Assembly: GCA_036339875.1 (NCBI GenBank)
Contig: JAYZAC010000105.1
Coordinates: 1-33,060, forward strand
DNA: 33,060 nucleotides
Source: a bacterium
GTDB taxonomy: Bacteria > Muiribacteriota > UBA6191
Direction of reading: 5' to 3'
In this document: positions 29,101 through 33,060 of the stretch, in pieces
How positions within the stretch are numbered: position 1 is the first letter of the stretch
Layout: every line of letters begins with the position of its first letter
Program-made: the position numbers and the translations under genes
Notes under the pieces: generated by a model
Seen by the model: the letters and a program-made list of their open reading frames with translations, nothing else
Database searches by the model: none
Told to the model about the DNA's origin: nothing

Positions 29101-32100
29101 TGAATTTTGGTCAATAATAACTGCACTGCTCATTTGCACAAACTGATCTTCTGGATTTTTCAATTCAAAATTAGTTGTAGTTAAGTCTACATCAATTCTA
29201 TCTACGACCAAGTCTAAATACTGCGTAACACCAGTTAATGGCAGAGAAGAAATCATCCCCCCATCCGATGGATTAGTTACTACTAAAGGATCTGCAATTG
29301 GGGTATTATCAAATATTATATTTGAATAAAATCGATGACGATTATTTAACTTATCAACAGCTTCAAGCATTAATCGATAAACACCGTTTTTCATGGTGTC
29401 CGTTACTCGAAAACTAAAATCGAAACCGGTAGTTGTGATTGTCAGCTGAGTACTCAACTCAGCTTCTGAGGACTCTGCTAATGGCCCAAATATTTTGAGC
29501 GATGAGACTGTTGTATCAATCCCAGATCGATCAAAACTGCCATTACTTGGTAATAAATCAGAAAAGCTCGCGCTAATTGTAACACCCTGAAAATTTACTC
29601 GACTACCTTGTGGTGGATCAAATAAAGGCTGGATTTCTCTAGGTATGAATAGCGGTTCAGTTGTAACAATATTCGGAGCTAAACTATCCACATAAAAAGC
29701 AGTCGAAATAAGTTGCTCACGTATAGAGTTACCGAACAAATCAAGTCCATTATGGACTCTAGCTCTTACTCTTCCATCAAATTTTCCCGTTGAAGCCAAC
29801 ACAGAGTATTTATATTGAAAAACCGTTTGTCCTTTTACCTGATCTACTGAGCTAAGTAATGAAGCTTCTTCAGTTTCTGCTAAAAATTGTGTTAGAGACA
29901 AATTGGGAGCTTGAATCATGGGAATCAAAGTTCGAAGTTCAAACTTTACGGTCTCGATACCTACAAAAAGAGTCTCAAGAAGGCTGGGAGGGAGGCTTTC
30001 TGGGGGATAGATTTGAATAGCCTGACTAGTACCTTTAAAATCTACAATACTCAAGCTATGTAATAAACCTCCATCAGGGAAATAAAACACTTCAACAGGA
30101 GCAACAGAAAAATTAGGATCTGTATTATCAAACTGATCAATAGACTGTAAATAAAGAGTAGTTGGAGCCGTGTAACTAGCTGGGACATTACCAATATAGA
30201 GATCAAAAAACCATGACCCCGTCTCATTTAACTCAACATAATCATAATGTGCTTCTACATCTGACTGTGGTAAGGAAGAATTGAAAGAATCCAAGCGCGG
30301 CACTAATTGAGAAGAACTTTTAGCAATTCGTGGTATTTGATCTCCGGTTGAAAAAGCACTTGGGTCCTCTGGAGGAGTCAAAGCAACTATTTTACTTCGC
30401 AGCAGCTCTCCTGAGGATATCGTTAGAATCCTACTATCCTTTGCACTTAACCTACCTGATAATCGTATTCTATCGCTGGCGGAATAAATTCTAAGTACTG
30501 AATCAGTAGGTAATTTAGTAGGGCTTGTAATGATTGGTGGATCTGCGGGAGACGTATCTCTGTAAATACTAATTGAGGTTGGATTACCAGGGATATCACT
30601 ATCATCAAATGCTTGAAAATTTACGACTTCTCTTACACCTTCAATCAAACTAGAGATATCTAAATTCACGCTAAAGGTAGTAACCGTAAATCCAGTACTC
30701 TGAAGACTCGCATTGACAGCGGGTATATGTGCTGAGCGAACCTCAACTCTATTGATTGTTGTTATAGCATCAATTGCCAAGCCTTCGACAAAAAGCGAGT
30801 CTACGGTACCAGGGTCTGGAATCGTTGGTGAAGAGCCGTTAGGACCAAAATCTACCGTCAATTCAGGAGAAATCATACTCACTACATAATTATCATCATC
30901 AGCACCTGTGAAATTAGGAGCAGGATAATTATTATCAGGGCCAGAATTCTGTCGATCCGAATCATTAAAAACTATTGAAGGACCTGTAGAATTCTTTATA
31001 ATTGTAATAGAGGTTGTATTTGATGAATTGCCAACTTGATCGACTAATTCTGCTATTAAAGTGATTGGCCCCTCCGCAAACTCCTCAAGACTAAATCGTT
31101 GACTGAATTGATACCTCTCAGGAACTTCCCCAAAAAAACCAGTCCCTGAAACACCATTGCCACCAAATGGACCTCCCGGCTTATTCCATGCAGGATTATC
31201 ATCTAATTTCGAAGAAGAAGCCACTCCCGAAACAATAAAAGAACGTCCTGCAGTACTAAATTGAGAAGCCCTACCGGCACTGTCGATAACACTAAGATTC
31301 ATATTTACAAGACCATGCTCTCTTAGATCCAAATATGGAGCAGCGGGTAAATCTAAATTAAACCCACTAACAAGGATTGATGCAAAAGTTGAAGTGACTA
31401 CGGTACTTGTCGGTGGAGAAGCAAAAATTGGATCTTGAGGTGCTACCAGATCTTTTATTATATAAATTGCTTGAGTGGTTTCAGAAACGTTTTCCTGTGG
31501 ATCTACAGGATAGATAGTCATTTGGTAGCCTCTCTGCCCTCCGGTAGCGATATGAGGAGGTGGAGGCGAAGCACTAGTATTTGGATCTTCAGTTGTGAAA
31601 TCAAAAAAACTGCTGTAGAAATCTCCGACTGTATTTACTTGCTCATAATGTCCATTCTTACCAGGGCGAACAATCGACGAACCATCGTCTCTAGTGAGAT
31701 CAAAAGTCATCGTTAAAGGATCACCACGTTCGTCCGAGAAAGTTCCTCTAATTTGAAAAATCTCACCTTGGAAATCATCGTAGGGTAACGGAGGCTCAGC
31801 CTGATCTCCGAGAATCAAATAGCGATCTGTAGGTACTAACTGTACAGAGAAAGAATTTGGAGGAACTCCATCTTTGATGATAGAAATGACCGTTGTAGTT
31901 CCGGCAACCCGCTGATTCGAGGCATTAACTGAGCCCGGACTCTGACCATTCTGCGTAATCGCTGCAACTACATCTTCAGCAGCAACCCATATCTCATAAT
32001 CCCCATCAATCATATTACTAAAATTATATGAGTAAGTCTGATAAAAACCGGGCGCTAAACTTGGACCATACGGATACTTTGAAGGATATGGAACCGCGGA

Positions 32101-33060
32101 AGGATAAATAGGACTGCCATATGGATGGTCAGTCACATCATCAGGATAAATAGTTTGAGGCAGAGTAGGATTTACACCGGTTACAGAAATCGCGTAAGAA
32201 CCTGTTCCTGTAGTTTTTGTAGCCTGCTCTGGATTTATTGAATTAGTAAATCTTACAGGAAGCAAAAAGGAGTCTACAAAAGCATTTGATTCTAGCTTGG
32301 GATTCGCCCCGGGCAAACCTAAATTACCGGCCTGATCTCTCCACAAGGCTGGATTATTTTGTACAAACCCCGAGTAAGAAATAGTTAAGGGCACACCACT
32401 TCCTAGAGAATTCGTAGCATTAAAAATATCGCGACGATTGAATACCACTCGATAACGAAAACGATTTGTTACTAAATCTAATTCAGCCCGAGGGGTCTCA
32501 CGCAAAAACGGAGAATCTACACAATTTGTTAAACCCTGACAACTAAATGCATTAATGAAAGGAGATGCTGGCGGCCCTTGATCAGTGTCAATAAATATAA
32601 ATTCACCCGCATCATTACCACCTTGAAATACATGGGGACCAAAAAACCAAGGCCCAGGACTGGAAACGGTACCTGTGACACTTACAGGACCAGTGCTAAA
32701 AACGCTTGTAATCGTTGTTCCTTGAGGCAAGTCTACCGTATCTATGAAAGTTCCATTGGTTGGGGTGTTAATTGTCAATGGAGCTTGTCCAGGACGATTG
32801 AAAGTTACCCGACAAGAAGGATTAACATTGTTAGCGGGGTTTCCCGGACACGAGACTTGTACTCCCGTTAAATTTAACAACACACTAGTATCAGGAGGAA
32901 ATGTCTGGCTTATCTGATTATTTGGTGCCCGCCGCGCCCATGCTAAAAGCTGAGTTCGACCTTCAAGCATGGGCAATGTAGGCGAATTAAATATCAAAGG
33001 CTCTTCTTGAGTGCTCGCATTACTTGCAGCATGTCTAATAGTATTTGGATGAAGTATCTG
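26146..33060 (-). CDS. Giant (>2,300 aa) secreted/surface protein, collinear paralogue of 19205-26098 (paralogue B); 5' end beyond the right edge
   Basis: The frame stays open from the ORF-track TTG (32997) to 33060 (QILHPNTIRHAASNASTQEEPL...). Same Ig-like DxxGN motifs as A. C-terminus YVVPNP...VYDSSGRRV...GTELSNGVYFFKL...KGKFVILR. Confidence 0.75.
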   Translation of the reverse strand, partial: QILHPNTIRHAASNASTQEEPLIFNSPTLPMLEGRTQLLAWARRAPNNQISQTFPPDTSVLLNLTGVQVSCPGNPANNVNPSCRVTFNRPGQAPLTINTPTNGTFIDTVDLPQGTTITSVFSTGPVSVTGTVSSPGPWFFGPHVFQGGNDAGEFIFIDTDQGPPASPFINAFSCQGLTNCVDSPFLRETPRAELDLVTNRFRYRVVFNRRDIFNATNSLGSGVPLTISYSGFVQNNPALWRDQAGNLGLPGANPKLESNAFVDSFLLPVRFTNSINPEQATKTTGTGSYAISVTGVNPTLPQTIYPDDVTDHPYGSPIYPSAVPYPSKYPYGPSLAPGFYQTYSYNFSNMIDGDYEIWVAAEDVVAAITQNGQSPGSVNASNQRVAGTTTVISIIKDGVPPNSFSVQLVPTDRYLILGDQAEPPLPYDDFQGEIFQIRGTFSDERGDPLTMTFDLTRDDGSSIVRPGKNGHYEQVNTVGDFYSSFFDFTTEDPNTSASPPPPHIATGGQRGYQMTIYPVDPQENVSETTQAIYIIKDLVAPQDPIFASPPTSTVVTSTFASILVSGFNLDLPAAPYLDLREHGLVNMNLSVIDSAGRASQFSTAGRSFIVSGVASSSKLDDNPAWNKPGGPFGGNGVSGTGFFGEVPERYQFSQRFSLEEFAEGPITLIAELVDQVGNSSNTTSITIIKNSTGPSIVFNDSDRQNSGPDNNYPAPNFTGADDDNYVVSMISPELTVDFGPNGSSPTIPDPGTVDSLFVEGLAIDAITTINRVEVRSAHIPAVNASLQSTGFTVTTFSVNLDISSLIEGVREVVNFQAFDDSDIPGNPTSISIYRDTSPADPPIITSPTKLPTDSVLRIYSASDRIRLSGRLSAKDSRILTISSGELLRSKIVALTPPEDPSAFSTGDQIPRIAKSSSQLVPRLDSFNSSLPQSDVEAHYDYVELNETGSWFFDLYIGNVPASYTAPTTLYLQSIDQFDNTDPNFSVAPVEVFYFPDGGLLHSLSIVDFKGTSQAIQIYPPESLPPSLLETLFVGIETVKFELRTLIPMIQAPNLSLTQFLAETEEASLLSSVDQVKGQTVFQYKYSVLASTGKFDGRVRARVHNGLDLFGNSIREQLISTAFYVDSLAPNIVTTEPLFIPREIQPLFDPPQGSRVNFQGVTISASFSDLLPSNGSFDRSGIDTTVSSLKIFGPLAESSEAELSTQLTITTTGFDFSFRVTDTMKNGVYRLMLEAVDKLNNRHRFYSNIIFDNTPIADPLVVTNPSDGGMISSLPLTGVTQYLDLVVDRIDVDLTTTNFELKNPEDQFVQMSSAVIIDQNSIRRYLINSLPDDGSADGTYKIEINAVDLAGNTVVKVHDFLLDTTPPMSGSFFPALNTCNSSDLDIFDLVVRDAPGRQDITIPTAGVDMRSSLELRMLEPSYPRTERLTGDVFGGESQLFEQVDSISDQALKLAFINSSGAQITPLRVGGADDGALGLFAEIYDSVGNIKITSSQFYYDTQAPSIQIEEFSDFRLIGVTSGFELDIGGSISDEGPCHFNVTGEAHNGITTLELSVFNYDIDLESVTGIFIPTLAVEGIQTTVPTSFTYHSAQANWGFSTFISFQGTLLNQYYRLNLEVSDQAGNSNNISRIFQLVDHNMATPSIVQPPVESELDGQITTYRTGDEILSLRWQNIIGIKHVEIEIYRPRLSSNIPIHRVTYPATQQISDPLSLNMNLSNSEPNLVKVTDLELFHYRIRGLDGSGRTSLWSQYYDLELDRRPLKIEQILIYQIGGFSDLSASGAFLSTPEFELEVIFNKKFERNYKGVQELLITDWEEKISLQPQIKTTATTNRIYLKGTIPLRPEEDFPRDRLQLHISGYQDLVNQSMQVFNQSFAVDFGPDTRVQIFSNPVADEELISVIRMISHLGQLEPILVRRSGGKIVSPSVSIRKGFESKSLSPLPLNEQVSTITGGGVASSFSVPLQVSVSDVGFYFLMIDYEDQFGRVISKEKEISLGKLRSSQNFNLNNRSGARLSYGVVSPDREFTGLVSMVEPVAVSEETTGPWRVHTNFDWLASSDSLRGLAMNLKLPSKIESRLTSYTVLLRKASNSWSYVQNVSVGQTLTTTMGEQYSLAEDLYSPDLRWFEGRSLAPGWQVAPFELRDAGSGLNWSSLRLQLDGEDIVWSNDGTELQIEVPPVNFSGKRFLDISVSDNSGRKLQLSRAIQVLAGVGIDWAYVVPNPVRGSFMTLHYFLAGPAQTGFVKVYDSSGRRVFQDEVSHNPGKNQWNSELINSDGTELSNGVYFFKLEVQQNSRVFRRKGKFVILR

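Noticed and set aside
94..32871. Numerous plus-strand and alternative-frame ORFs of 60-151 aa in the ORF track (e.g. 2738-3121, 6026-6442, 9909-10364, 26489-26830)
   Set aside because: All overlap well-supported genes, lack SDs or recognisable motifs, and are typical antisense shadow ORFs
19205..33060. Giant genes as a horizontally acquired island, RTX/autotransporter, RHS toxin or phase-variable locus
   Set aside because: No integrase, transposase, tRNA or flanking repeat seen; no GGxGxD nonapeptides, YD repeats, C-terminal beta-barrel, LPxTG or SLH motifs; no simple-sequence tracts in the coding regions
1..33060. Alternative genetic code, CRISPR array, tRNA/rRNA genes, inteins or introns
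   Set aside because: All three stops terminate conserved genes at expected positions; no spaced repeats or RNA-gene-like segments were seen; fusA, rpoA and secY have normal lengths

Overview
All supported genes are on the minus strand. Bases ~1680-19050 hold a contiguous 32-gene str/S10/spc/alpha translation cluster (rpsL-rpsG-fusA-rpsJ...secY-adk-rpmJ-rpsM-rpsK-rpsD-rpoA-rplQ). Downstream come a rho-independent terminator, two ECF-type ABC ATPases (ecfA1, ecfA2) and the start of a probable class II aldolase that runs off the left edge. The cluster has no tuf between fusA and rpsJ, and no map or infA between adk and rpmJ. uS5 and bL17 carry lineage-specific extensions. An unusual 116-bp structured spacer (hairpins, U-tract and a near-consensus sigma70 promoter) separates rpsC from rplP. 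Upstream of rpsL, where rpoBC often lies, are two tandem ~2,300-aa collinear paralogues; the second is truncated by the right edge. They look like secreted proteins built from bacterial Ig-like repeats and end in a T9SS-CTD/FlgD-Ig-like domain, although the housekeeping context does not look like Bacteroidota. Standard genetic code (TAA, TAG and TGA are all used as stops). No rRNA, tRNA, CRISPR array or mobile element was seen. All family assignments come from motifs read by eye, not from database searches.
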